A program made the position numbers and the translations under genes. A DNA stretch of 64,000 bases. Source: Mobula hypostoma (lineage: Eukaryota). Shown here piece after piece: positions 14,591 to 27,697 of the stretch. Location of the stretch: NCBI RefSeq assembly GCF_963921235.1, contig NC_086097.1, forward strand, positions 78,184,001-78,248,000, in the 5' to 3' direction. The notes below the pieces were generated by a model, which made no database searches, was not told where the DNA came from, and worked only from the letters and a program-made list of their open reading frames with translations. Numbering within the stretch: the first letter of the stretch is position 1; every line of letters begins with the position of its first letter.

Positions 14591-16321
14591 AATGTGCTAG
14601 AGGTGTCTAAGAGGCCCTTAGGTAGACACATAAATAAGTTGAGAGTCGAGGAATACAGACTTGTTTAGGCAGGTAGGATTAGTTTTAATAGACTTTTAAG
14701 ACTTCTAATTACTAGCTTAATTATTTCAATACATTATTGTGTACTAAGGGGCCTGTTTCTATGCTGTACTCTTCAATGAACACCAGAATTTTATGTTAAC
14801 TATCAAACAATGGCAGGGTGCTGAGTAGTGCAGAGGACCAGAAGGGTAATGGAGTGTAGACTCATAGATAATTCAAGAATGCAGGGAAGGAGCTTAAGGC
14901 AAAAAGGATAACTTCCTTTATAAGGACAGAATACAAGAATTCTTGGGTTGCAGATGGGGTGCTGTGTACTGTTCTGGACAACAAGTTACTTATGCCAGTT
15001 TGACAATTGATATACAAGAGATCAATAAGGATGTTGCCTGAACTGCAGACTCTTAAATATGGGGTAAGGCTAGATGCTCTGATATCATTTTCTTTAAGGC
15101 AGAGGAAGATGAGGATGTGATTTTACTGAGGTATTTATAGTTATAAAGTCACTAGAAGGAGTGGATAGAAAGCTATTTCCAAGAACAGCAATAAGTAAGG
15201 TCATAAGCATCCATGGCACTTCCAAGCACCACCTGTCTTCATCTTTCCTTAAAGTGCTCGAGCTGTAAGTGGGTATAAAAATAGAAGGCAAATATTGGGG
15301 TTCCTGGTTATATTTCCTTAATTTTGTTCAGAGCTTCCTTTCCTTGCAAGCAGAGTCAAAAAAGTGAAAGCCAAGCCGCAGCCTGCAGTGCACATGGATA
15401 TTGTAGCCAAAGCTTTCAGCAAGTCTGCCTTAACATCTAGTAAACCAACGTGGACTAAAGGTTCCTCAGAGCTACCCCAGCACACTCTGATGGACCATGG
15501 GGCTCTGTAATAGGCTATCCAAATAGCTTGTGTTTTGAGAAAGAAAAACGCCAGTTTATGTGCAATCAAAGCAATTCACTGAACCCTTGTGTTTTGATGG
15601 TCAAGGAAGGTTTACGAGGAATGACAATGGTCCTGGTGTGGCTGGTTCTGTGCCTTATAGTCTTTAGATGTGGTAAACATCACTGCCACAGGAGTAGAAC
15701 ACATTCATTAATTCTTCAGAATGTTGACAAGCTATGAGATTTCCCCATCAAGACATTGATGTTGTGCTTGAGATCGAATACGAAACATTTCTATATGAGG
15801 GAGTCCATGGCCTTGCAGCAGACAAACAGGATTGTGATGGTACAATTAAAGGGGAACATGCATCACTTAAGTTGTCTGGAATGTGATGATTGCATGATAA
15901 AATAAAAGGGGTTTGGGATGGATATTCCCTTCCTGCGCCAGGGGCCCTCTTCTTTTTTTTCTGCCAAGCTTAGCTTTCTAAACACAAGAGCTGCCATTTG
16001 TAAAGATCAAAAAGTTGTAAGATAAACTTCCATCTGCATTCTTTGTTTAGCTTCTGGTTGAAAATGGAAGCCAGTGTTCAGTTCTTAAAATATACAATAT
16101 ATATACAAACCACAAACCATTTCTGAAACACAAAGTGTTTCCAAAAGATAGGTTCAATTCCTTTAAGATAAAAAGACATACCAATAATACAGATGAACCA
16201 GTCATCTGTCACAGAAATCGAAGACAAAGGAATGGATTTTGGTTCACCAATGGATTTTTTTTTCATGCTTCTTGATATTCCTTACCACATTCCTAATAAG
16301 CCTGAACTGCTCTCTACATTC

Positions 16322-16940
16322 AGACCATAAGATCATAAGGCATAGGAGCAGAATTAGGCCATGATCTGCCCCATCATGTCTGATCTGCCATTCAATCATG
16401 GCTGATCCTTTTTTTTTATCTCCTCCTCAACCTCAGTTCCTGGCCTTCTCCCCGTAATCTTTGATGCCATGTCCAATCAAGAACCTATCAATCTCTGCCT
16501 GAAATATACCCAATGCCCTGGCCTCTACAGTTGCATGTGGCAACAAATTCCATAAGTTCACCACCATTTGGCTAAAGAAATTCCTACGCATCTTTGTTTT
16601 GAAAAGGTGCCCTTCTATCCTGAGGCTGTGCCCTTTTCTCCTAGACTGTCCCACCACGGGAAACATCCTTTCCACATCTACTCTGTCTAGGCCTTTCAAC
16701 ATTCAAAAGGTTGCATTGAGATCCCCCCTCATCCTTCTGAATTCCAGCGAGTACAGACTCAGAGCTATCAAACATTCCTCGTATGATAACCCTTTCATTC
16801 CTAGAATCATTCTTGTGAACCTCCTCTGGATCCTCTCCAGTGCCAGCACATCTTTTCTAAGATGAGGGGCCCAAAACTGTTCACAATACTCAAGGTGAAG
16901 CCTCATCAGTGCTTTATAAAGCCTCAGCATAACATCCTTT
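16322..16940 (-). mobile_element. CR1 LINE 3' fragment
   Basis: ORFs 16703-16930 and 16433-16702: LYKALMRLHLEYCEQFWAPHL...RRFTRM, FFSQMVVNLWNLLP; 'accataaga' tail. Confidence 0.92.
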
Positions 16941-17654
16941 ATACAGTTTATACAGTTAAAGATTTATACAGTTTATTTGCCACTCGGGTGATTTCACACA
17001 CACATGATATTCTTTCAGACATCTTTTAACAAAGACAGTCTTAAAGCTTCTTGGAGACACAGATGCTAGGTACCCACAATTAATACAATGAATCTAACTT
17101 TCCCGAGTACATAAGCCTTCCAAATTATCAGTTATTGATGTGCTACGTGATTGTCTCCATCTGATCTTCAAACTTCCTTGAATAAAGTAACTTAGCTACT
17201 GTTGTCTATTTTTAAACAAGCCAAATTAAATAATCCATTGTCTTATACTGCACCTCTGGGTGCCTAAGGCCAATGCACAGTGCTGTCCTTGTCAACGTGG
17301 AGTGGAGAGCAAGTTTGTAAATCTGGCCAGATCAAAGGATATTGGGAATGGTGGGTGTGGGGCGCTGTGGGACAAGTGGCAAAGAAGAAGTGTCCGGGGT
17401 GGAGGGTGGCATGTGTGCATTCACACCCAGCCCTGAGACACCAGGCAAGGTCATTTGATTCCAAACAATTATTTTATTGATCATTACAGAATGTCTCCCT
17501 GGTGCTTCCCACTTTCTCCACTCTCCCTTTTCCTTTCCCCAACCATGATTCCCCACCCCTGCCCCCTTCCTACTCTCAGTCCACAAAAAAGCCCCATATC
17601 AGAATCAGGTTTATCATCACTCACATATGTCAACAGCAGTACATAAAATTACTA

Positions 17655-17721
17655 GAGTACTGTGCAAAATTCTTAGGCACCCTAGCTATATATATGTGTC
17701 TAAGGCTTTTGCACAGTACTG
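17655..17721. mobile_element. 67-bp palindromic Tc1/mariner-type mini-MITE
   Basis: Arms (g)agtactgtgcaaaattcttaggcac / gtgtctaaggcttttgcacagtactg form an imperfect inverted repeat, flanked by TA on both sides. Confidence 0.7.
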
Positions 17722-17944
17722 TAAATGGAAAGCAGACATCAGTTTGAAGTTGAGAAAACACAGTTTTGCAAACAAGCACTGAACGGAGCCTATCCCTCTG
17801 GAGTCCATTTTTCTGTCTTCAATTTCTGTGATGAATGACTGGTTCATCTGCATTGTTGGTATGTCTTTTTGTCTTACAGGAATTTTATCTGTGTTTGGAA
17901 ATCCTTTGTGTTCTAGAAATGGTTTGTAATTTGAAAACCTTTTA

Positions 17945-20217
17945 TAAGACCATAAGACATAGGAGCAGGATTAGGCCATTCAGCCCATCAAGTCTTCTCT
18001 GCCATTCCATTATGCCTGATCTTGGATCCCACTCAATCCCAAACACCTGCCATCTTTCCATATCCTTTGATGCCCTGACCGATCAAGAAACTATCAATTT
18101 CTGCCTTAAATATATGCATGGACGTGGCCTCCACCGCAGTCTGTGGCAGAGCATTCCACAGATTTACAACTCTCTGGCTAAAAAAATTCCCCCTTACTTC
18201 TGTTCTAAAGGGTCGTCCCTCAATTTTCAGGCTGTGCTCTCTAGTTCTGGATACACCCATCATAGGAAATATCCCCTCCATATCCACCCTATCTAGTCTT
18301 TTCAACATTCAAACTCAAAACAGGAATTCTGCAGATGCTGGAAATTCAAGCAACACACATAAAAGTTGCTGGTGAATGCAGCAGGCCAGGCAGCATCTCT
18401 AGGAAGAGGTGCAGTCGACGTTTCTGGCCGAGACGTCGACTGCACCTTTTTCAACATTCGGTAGGTTTCAATGAGATCTCCCCCGCATTCTTCAAAATTC
18501 CAGTGAGTACAGGCCCAATGCTGCCATATTCTTCTCGTATGTTAACCCCTTCATTCCCAGAATCATCCTCATGTATCTCCTCTGGACTCTCTCCAATGAG
18601 AAAACATCCTTTGAGATATGGGGCCCAAAACTGTTGACAATACGTTAAGTGAGGCCTGACTAGTGTCTTATAAAAAGTTCAGCATTATCTCTTTGCTTTT
18701 ATATTCTATTTCTCTTGAAATAAATGCCAACATTGCATTTGCCTTCTTTACCAGAGACTCAACCTGTAAATTAACTTTCTGGGAGACTTGCACATGGACT
18801 CCTAAGTCCTTCTGTACCTCTGATGTTTGAACCTTCTCCGCATTTAGTTAATAGTCCACTCTGTTGTTCCTTTTACTAAAATGCATTGCCATACATTTCC
18901 CAACACTGCATTCCATCTGCCACTTTTCTGCCCATTCTTCCAATTTCTCTCAGTCCTGCTGCAATCACATTGCTTTTTCAGCACTACCTACCCCTCCACC
19001 TATCATCATATCATCTGCAAACGTTGCCACAAAGCTATCAATTCCGTTCTCTAAATCACTGACAAATTATGTGAAAAGCAGCACTCCCAATACTGACCCC
19101 TGAGGAGCACCACTAGTCACTGGCAGACAAACAGAAAAGGCTCCTTTTATTCCCACTCGCTGCCTGCTGCCTGTCAGTCATTCCTGTATTCATGCCAATA
19201 TCTTTCCTGTAATCTCATAGGATTTTATCTTGTTAAGCAGCCTTATGTGTGGTACCTTATCAAATGCCTTCTGAAAATCCAAGTAAATGACATCCACTGC
19301 CTCTCGTTTGTGCACCCTGCTTGTTACTTCCTCGAAGAACTCTAACACATTTGACAGGCAAGATTTCCCTTTACAGAAACTATGCTGTCTTTGACTTATT
19401 TTATCATTAGTCTCCAAGTACCTTGAAACATCATGCTTAATAATAGACTCCAACACTTTCCCAACCACTGACTAGCCTATAATTTCCTTTCATTTGTCTT
19501 CCTTCCTTTTTAAAGAGTGAGAAGACATTTGCAATCTTCCAGTCCTCCGGGACCATGCCAGAATCAAGTGATTCTTGAAAGATCATGACCAATGCATCTG
19601 TTATCTCTTCAGCAACCTCTCTCAGGTCTCTGGGTTTTGACCATCTGGCCCAGGTGACTTATCCACATTAAGACCTTTGAGTTTGCCTTGCACTGTTTCC
19701 TTTTTAACAGCAACGGCACTCGCTCCTGCTCCCTGACACTCACAGATCTCTGGCACACTGCTCATGTCTTCCATAGTGAAGACAGATGCAAAGTACCCAT
19801 TAAGTTAATCTGCCATTTCTTGGTCCCCCATTACTACCTCACCAGCATCATTATCCAGTGGTCCAATATCAACTCTTGCCTCCCTTTTATTCTTTATATA
19901 ACTGAAAAAAACTTCTGGTATCCTGCTTTATATTATTGTCTAGTCTGCCCTCATATTTCATCTTTTCCCTTCTTATAACTTTTGAGTTACATTTTGTTAG
20001 ATTTTAATAGTTTCCCAATCATCCAACTTCCCACTCACTTTTATTACCTTATATACCCTTTCTTTGGCTTTTATACAGACCTTACCTTCCTTTATCAGCC
20101 ACAGTTGCCTACCCCTGCCATTTGAGAACTTCTTCCTCTGTGGGACATGTCTATCCTGTGCCTTGTGAACTCTTCCTAGAACTTCAGCCATCTCTGCTCT
20201 GCCGTCATCCCTGCCAG
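17945..20217 (-). mobile_element. CR1 LINE, ~2.1-kb decayed ORF2 (RT) fragment, interrupted by a PLE insert
   Basis: ORF 19190-19468 has VDVIYLDFQKAFDKVPH (RT); minus-strand FADD-type motif near 19010; ORF 18033-18308 is the C-terminus. Confidence 0.92.
18311..18447 (-). mobile_element. Short PLE pLTR-derived insert with fold-back end and 12-bp TSD
   Basis: TSD ttttcaacattc at 18299-18310 and 18448-18459; inverted repeat ggtgcagtcgacgt...acgtcgactgcacc. Confidence 0.8.
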
Positions 20218-23200
20218 AGTCTTAAGTATGTTTTAAGAATGTTATTAGGATTTAAATGTATATCACTGAAACTAAATGAACTGTTTTTAAACTATTTTAT
20301 TAGCTGGAAGTATCTTCTCCTTGATAGGGACCCAACAGTGGGTCTGTTAGAGTCTGTTAAATCTGTTAGAGTTCTTCGAGGAAGTAACATGCTGGCTAGT
20401 GGGTATTGGCAGCTAAAATCGCCATGGACAATAAACAGCGAAATGACCTACTGTTTGAAGAATAGGTAGTTACAGTATAACCTCCCTTTAGTGAGGGCAT
20501 TTGTAGGTATTTATATCAAATAGGGCTTAAGGTCTTCGTTTGAGTTTAGAACTTCATGGTCAGCAAACCCATTACCATCACAGGCTCAAGATAAAATATA
20601 GCAACTTGTAATGGAACTACATACAGGGAAAGACTTCTGTGAGTGATCACCAGGATGAAGTGTGTTCAACCTTCTCCAAAAAAATAAGCTGCTATTTAGA
20701 AGATTAAGGGCATCTTGCAAAGGAACTGTGAAGAGAGAAGATCTCCTGTGCACGTGAGGCTGGGCCTTCCAAGTGCCCACTGCTGCAAGTTACATTCAAA
20801 GTCAAAGTTTGAAAGAACTATTGCTTGATTGGAAACCTTTGTTACATTTTAAAGTTAAAGTTGCATAAGATATGGTGCACAGAGGCCAAGTGATGGAAGT
20901 CTGTAGTATTTTACATAACCTGTTTTCACTTAACTTTTTTGTGGGACCTTTTCCAGGTTGTGCTACTCTGTGACCCTTGACCAGAAGGGTTCAGTTCAAA
21001 TGCTAACAGGCGTACGAGACAACTACCTACAATGTGAGGATACTGCACAACATGTTGTTGTCAGATTACATGAAATACTTGGGCTGAATGGTTGCATGAT
21101 ATGAGTGAAGCAAGAACTGCAGCAGATGAGTGTAACTCTAAAGGAAGGGTGATAAGGGTTAAGTGTGTGACGAGGCAGTCAGTAATTCCTGGAGATAAAC
21201 TTGGCAGGGTGTCTCTATGCTGGCGACAACATTGTTTCCCCTTTGAATAACCAGTGTAAGTGCATGTTCTAAGATGCAGCAACATGTGGGGAATATCACT
21301 CTGTAGCTACAAGAGAAAGTGTGGAGCTTATCATTGGTGCCAGTAAAGCTGCCCTGCCTCCCTCTGATTATTTTTCCTCTCTTCCTCCTAACAATGCAGG
21401 GGGACACTGTGAGAGCAGTGAATAGTGTTAAATCAAAGGGAAATATTGCCAGAAAACTGTGTGTGGTGCAAAGCCGACAGAAAACTGGCATGACAGATCT
21501 CCATCCACATTTCCAGCTGATTTATGCTTTTCCAAATAAAACCCTTATTGGAGAATTCAGAATATGATTATCTCAATCCCTGCCCCATCCAACAGTATGA
21601 TCATTGTAAGTCAGTGTGACAACAGTCATTATATCAATCCAAGCTAAAGAATTGCTAAAAAATCAGAACTTTCATGGGAAATATCTAACTAAATTGGATT
21701 TCGAATGTAATTGTTTGATATTTTCAGAGATGTGTCAATCTTCTAACCATTTGATGATTTTTATGAGAGCATTTTAGACTGAAGTGATGCCACACTGAAA
21801 CAATGGAAACAGTCCCAATGTGAACAGCCGATTTCAGCAATTCCATGTGGCAACACAAGATACAGCTTTAACTTCGTTGACTGTGCCCAACGGGTGGCCT
21901 TGGTTTGAATATCCATTCAGACACACAAAGTTTTGACTTTCCATTAATGTGCATAATGTAAAAAGGTGTTTTATCTCTGTGTTTATGAAGCCAGAACACT
22001 GCCATGTTCAATGGTTTCTGTATTCCTGTTCTGCAAGGTGAAAGAGAGGTATTCAGTTATTTAGAGAAATTTTTCTTCTCAGTAGCCAGCCTGGTACGGT
22101 GACAAGGCCTAGCTTAATACAAACTTACAATCCATTGTCATCAGGTTACTATTAAACAAGCCATAGATCTGGATAGCAGTGCATTTCTATTACTTACCTT
22201 GGTCACAAGGATTGATTTCTCAATGAATGAAGAAAGGGACAAATGCAATTCTTCCTCCTTTTTACCCGCGAATTGTAAAAAAAAGCAATGTCAATGACTC
22301 ACAATTTGTTTTATTTATTCTGGAAACAGAGCATCAGCTTCCGGGCCAATATCAATTAGCTCGGGAACCTTCTTGAGAAGCTAATGGATAGACTTTCTCT
22401 AGAGCTGCAGCAAGGCATATGGCAAAAGATGTCAATGAATTTTGTAAATTGGAGAGTTCAGGGATGGCGGAAGAAGTGCCACACCTCCCCTTTCTCCTCC
22501 TCCCTCAGCTCTATTCAGGGCCCCGGACAGTCCATCAGGTGAGGCAACACTTCTTCGTCACCAATAATAAAATAAAATAAAGTAACTGGGCCTAGAACAC
22601 ACATACTCTTAGACCTCCGGCATTCTCCGTATTTTACTTGCCCCCTGCCACCCACGTTGTTCTGTAGTCTGGAAAGAAAACTTGCTGTTTTATGCAGAAT
22701 TGGCTGATCAGTTGTGGATATTGACTATTTGGTAAATTGTACAAATGGAACTCCTTGCTAGCAGTATCAATTGCCATTCACAATAGTGGTGCCAAAGTCA
22801 ATCGAAATTTCAGGCGGACAGCTGATGACATTTTGAAATTAGTAAAGGCAATTGTGCCCTAGTATGTTTCACATCCTTCCAATGTTCTTATCTCATCGGT
22901 CTCCAGCACCCCTATTGTGTAAAGGGACGCTATGTTTTAGGAAGACCTTTCCGGAAAAGTCTCATTACAGAGGTCTCACTTGTCTGGCCTGAGCATTCAC
23001 TGCCACAGTCACCCCAGCCTATCTCATCTGTAGTAGGCAGAGGCGTCTCCAGCAGTCTCACTTCAAAGGTCCCACTTGACTACAACTGCCTCAGGTTATC
23101 CTTGTCCGGACGTTGTCTTTAACTCTTGTCTGACCACATCTTCCACACTCTCTCCTCTTTGTCCTTTGAGGACAACATAAATAATATTGAACTGCAAGAG

Positions 23201-23839
23201 TACAGAGTCTCTGAAACTCTGTGATGGTTTCATCAGGGATGGTTGGGTATGGATATAAGAAACTTACACGCAACACTCCTGGCTAATAATGGCACAAGTA
23301 CCACCTCTCTTAAACAGCAGAAAGTCTAGTGCTGGTCAGTTTTGGGGACCACAATGAAGATTGCCAGCATTTCAGCAGTAATGTCACTGATGGCCTGGCT
23401 CACGCCATGTTGCACTGAGGCTGTTTTAGAAGCTGGATTCTCCAGCAGTTCTGAGGCCATGTTATTGCATTCATGAGTCAGTCTGGAAGGTTCCCAGACT
23501 ACGATGGCACCCCCACACAGTAGGATGTAGAGATAAAGTGGGTAGTTTTATACTGTGCCTGTTTTTTCTGTGTCTTTACTTTCTTTAACTTTTGCTTACT
23601 TTCCCTGTTTTTTTTTACAAGATTCATCTAACTGCCTTTACATTTCACATCTACATTAAGCAAACACAGACCACCATACAGGCTTCTCACGGTACACACA
23701 CACACACACACACACACAAAAGATCTTACGTGATCACAACTGCCCTCAGGCTATTCTTGCCTGGACATTGATTTTAAACCTTTGCCTTATCACAACTTCC
23801 AAAAATTCAGCTACAAGTCAATCAGGGACTTGGGTCCAG

Positions 23840-24440
23840 TGGTCCTGATGCATCCTCCTCTACATCAATGAGATCTGATGTAAATTGGGGGACTGCTTTG
23901 TTGAGCATCTTCATTTCACCCGCATCAAGCAGCATTTCCCAGTGGCCAGCCATTTTAAATCCAGTCCCCATTCCTATTCCAGCATTTCAGTCCATGGGCT
24001 CCTGTACTGACACGATGAGGCCACTTTCAGTGTGGAGGAGAAACACCTCATGTTCCACTTGGAGTAGCCTCCAAACTGATGGCATGAACAATGATTTCTT
24101 TAAAATCCAGTAATTTTTCCATCTCTCCCTTCCTTCTTCTTCCTTTCCCTATTCTGGCTCCACTATCACCTCTTTACCTCACCTGCCTGTCACTCTTGGT
24201 GTCCCTCCTCCCTTCCTTTCCTCTATGGTCCACACTACTCTCTTATCAGATTCTTCCTTCTTCAGTCCTTTACCTTTTTCGCCTATCACCTCCCAATTTC
24301 TCACTTGATCCCTCCTCCCACCTCCGTCTTCTGCCTCCTTCCTCATTGTTTTCTAGTCCTGATGATGGATCTCAGACTGAAATGTTGACTGCTTTCCATA
24401 GGTGCTGCCTGACCTGCTGGTTTCATCTATGTGCTACTCA
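23840..24440 (+). mobile_element. PLE fragment (GIY-YIG region plus pLTR with degenerate hammerhead motif)
   Basis: Frameshifted ...LYINE...LQTDGMNNDF; 'agtcctgatgatggatctcagactgaaatgttgactg' near 24355-24392. Confidence 0.8.
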
Positions 24441-25738
24441 CGGATAGAATGGGCTGGATTTCCTGGACCCAGCTCACTACCTGGAGAATCTGCCCTCAAT
24501 CCCCAAATACCTGGACTTGCCTCTTCCTGATGTGAAAGGGTAAGCTTGTTGGGGGCAACTAGAGCTCAGGTGGTTGAAGTGCTGAGGCCCTGCGTATGAA
24601 ACATTCTGACGGACTTTGACAGAAGGGAATTCTCTGACATTTATAAACATTTAAAAGCCATCAAAACTGGTGTTAATAATTCAAAATATATTATGGATAT
24701 TTAAAAATAAAAAAGATAGTAAAAATAATTCAGAAATAATGAAAATCATTCAATTAAAGTACTTTTTTAATGACTTGCATACCTCTTTGCCTTCACTAGA
24801 GAACCTCTAGTGAAATGAAGGAGGTCAGACCACTTCAGATCTGGTCCAGTAAAGGACTGGGGAAACTATCCCAGCAAAGGGACTGGAAATCCCAGCAACA
24901 CTGGAGTCTGCAGGTGGATTCCACATGGAATCCATGATAGAGCATAACTTGGAACAAGGTGGAGCCAGCGACCAACAGCGACATCCTGCAGACAGTTCAC
25001 AAAACTACTCGTTCTTCTCTTAAATATGCTTTTACTACTAAACTGTATGTGGTTGAAGCCTGTAATTTACATTTTGATGATGTGCTTTTGGCCCAGCTGA
25101 ACAATTTGGTGCTCTTGTTGTCTTTGGGAGAATTCACTGAGGCTGAGAGCAGAGTGTGTGACCTAAAGGTGGAGGGTGAACCCACAATCGGGTCCATTGC
25201 TCCTCACCAATTAAAGCATTGAACAAGATTGGAACCATCGAGGAATGAGAGTGGAAGGAGAGCTGCTGTTCAGTGCCACCTGCCAGCGTTTGACTGGTCT
25301 CCCTTGCTTGCTGCTGCTGAAGGAAGGAGCAGGAGTCTTCCAAGTAAGGGTGGCCAGTGACCTGGAAGTGAGAGTGATTCCTCTGGAACTGCGGCTGATG
25401 TCCTTGAGAGAAAAAAAATTAATTGCAGCATTTGGCTACAACAAGATGAGCCGCAGTCATAACAAGAATCAATTAGACTGGGTAACATCAGAAATATTCT
25501 AACCATGTATATATCTAAGATCAACAAAACAACCTGTTTCCCGTCTTTAGCTTCAAGTTCATGTTTCTTGTTATTTCAACCATATGCATGTTCCTCTTTT
25601 CCAAGGTAGACCACACAGCCCATTTAACCCATATTGCCATAATAAAACAATATTGCCACTAACAAATTAACAAACAATAAAGGTGTATTTGCAGAACAAA
25701 TTAAAAATTAAACAGTATCCTGCTATTGGTATTTCATA

Positions 25739-27697
25739 TGTGATGAGACACGGACGGGGGCAGGGAGCTCTTTAGTTTTAAAAATCTATACACAGTCGGA
25801 GTCCACTATTCTTCTTCACCACATAGGAAAAGCCCACATCAGCTGGGGATGTGGAGGGGTGGATGAAACAGAATGCTAGGTCATCACGGATTTGCCCCTT
25901 CGTGGCCACCCTTTCTGGAGATGACAGGGAGTAGAGTCTTCCTTGGGGTGGACAGATTCCAGGCAGCAATTCAGTTGCGTGGTCATGGGTTTGATGCGGT
26001 GTGACTGTTGTGGCCCTTTTCTCACTAAAATCCTTTGGCAGGCTATCACACTTGAGAGGAACTCGAGACGGCTCAGGAGAGACAGGAGGCAACTCGGGAG
26101 AAGCAGGATGCAGCCCGGGAGAAGTGGGTAGGTACATGACCTGGCAGCGAGAAGACCATCCATGGAGTGCATTGGTGATTCAGTCAAGTTGCGGGTTGTG
26201 GAGAGCTAACCAGCGGTGTCTTAAGTTCAAGATCAGGAGAATGAATGTGATGAAACTGGATATTCTCAGTATGGCGATCTACACATAGGTAGAAGGAAGC
26301 AGTGAGATGGCAGATCCTCTCAGGGCCCAGATATCTTCCATCCAGAGTGTGGCCATGACAGGTTGGTCAAGACACATCAAGGGAACTCAGAGATGTCTTT
26401 GTCTTGCTAACCCAAGGTCCATGAAATTGCCTCCTGCGCTGAAATCCATGAAGGCTCCAAAGGCATGCTGTCATTAGCCCCAGGAGATTGAGGTAGGTAG
26501 AAGGACTCTGAGGGGAGCTTGGGGTGTGTATAACAACATCAAGGACAATAAGGCTGGAGGGGCTTAGAGAATGGCAACTCTAGAGGACTCACTGTGGCAC
26601 TGGTGACGATTGTCAATCTAGATGGAGGTATCGATGAGAGTCTTGAGATCTTCAGCTGGGTCTCTGGCTGCCAATTCATCTTGAGTTTCACCTGATGGGC
26701 CATGGTGGAACATGGCTATAACGTCTTCAGTGTTACAACCACTATGCACCCCCAGGATGCAGAACATGATTATGTAGTCAGCCACACTGTGGGTATCCTG
26801 ATGACGTTGGACGAGTCTGTTGGCCACCTCTCATCTGTTGCCTGGGTGTTTAAACACCCTCTTCATCTCCCTAGTGAAGAGGGAACTTGATCTTCTCCCA
26901 GAGTGCCATAGTGGAGCAAGAGCTTTGCCAGAGAGGAGAGAGATGGTACAGGCCACTTTGCAGTGGTTGGAGGGTAACTTGGTGGGATGCAGCTCGAAAG
27001 CCAGAGAGCACTGAGTAAAAAACCCTCTACATGTCCCTGGGTTGCCATCAAGTCACTTAGGGTGCCACCATGGAAACCATGGGGAAATGAAACTGAACAA
27101 ACAGATGATGTTTCCATGTTGACTGGAGACTCAGGAGTTGGGGTGGTAGCAGGGGTTTGCTGGCTCAGCCAGATGGTCTTGATGAATGACTGCATAGTGG
27201 TCAAGATCTACTGGAGCCTATGCTCATGTCTACTCACCATGATTTCTCTGGCCAGCACGGATCGGAGATGCTCATTCTCTGTTTGGCCTCAGCCCTGCTG
27301 TAGCAAGGGTGATTGCCAGGCTGGGTTTGAACCGAGGTTGTTATGGTGAAGTTCCATATATTTAACCAGTGGATTACCAGGAGAGACTTAGACCAGGTGG
27401 ACCCAAATGCAGAGGAGACCAGGGACAAGGATGGAACTGAACAAAGAACCGTTGCTTGTGGATTGGTTCACAGAGAACATAAACCTAAGACATGAGAATG
27501 ACTACACATAGGGTAGGTGGATTCAAGACAAAGACGATCAAAACAGAGTAAACATAAACAGACAAACAAAACAAGGCACAGGTGTGTTGATAACTAAAAC
27601 AAGATACAGGTGAAAATAATCAAGAAATAACCAAGGGAGAAGGAGCATCAGAGCCGAGAGGACTCTGGTGTTTAGGTGGTTAGACTGAGGCATGACA
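25739..27697 (-). mobile_element. Decayed Sushi-like Gypsy LTR retrotransposon: 5' LTR, gag, protease and RT N-terminus; 3'-truncated
   Basis: Gag remnants (CRGFFTQCSL; SVADY..MF...SG; DELAARD), protease-like 'FMDFSAGGNFMD', RT start 'PPQGRLYSLS.PE...IHPSTSPADVGFSYVVKKNSGLRLCIDF'; LTR about 27339-27697 bounded by TG...CA; many frameshifts. Confidence 0.85.

Noticed and set aside
24959..25527. Cluster of 66-87-aa ORFs on both strands
   Set aside because: No recognisable motifs or consistent splice signals.
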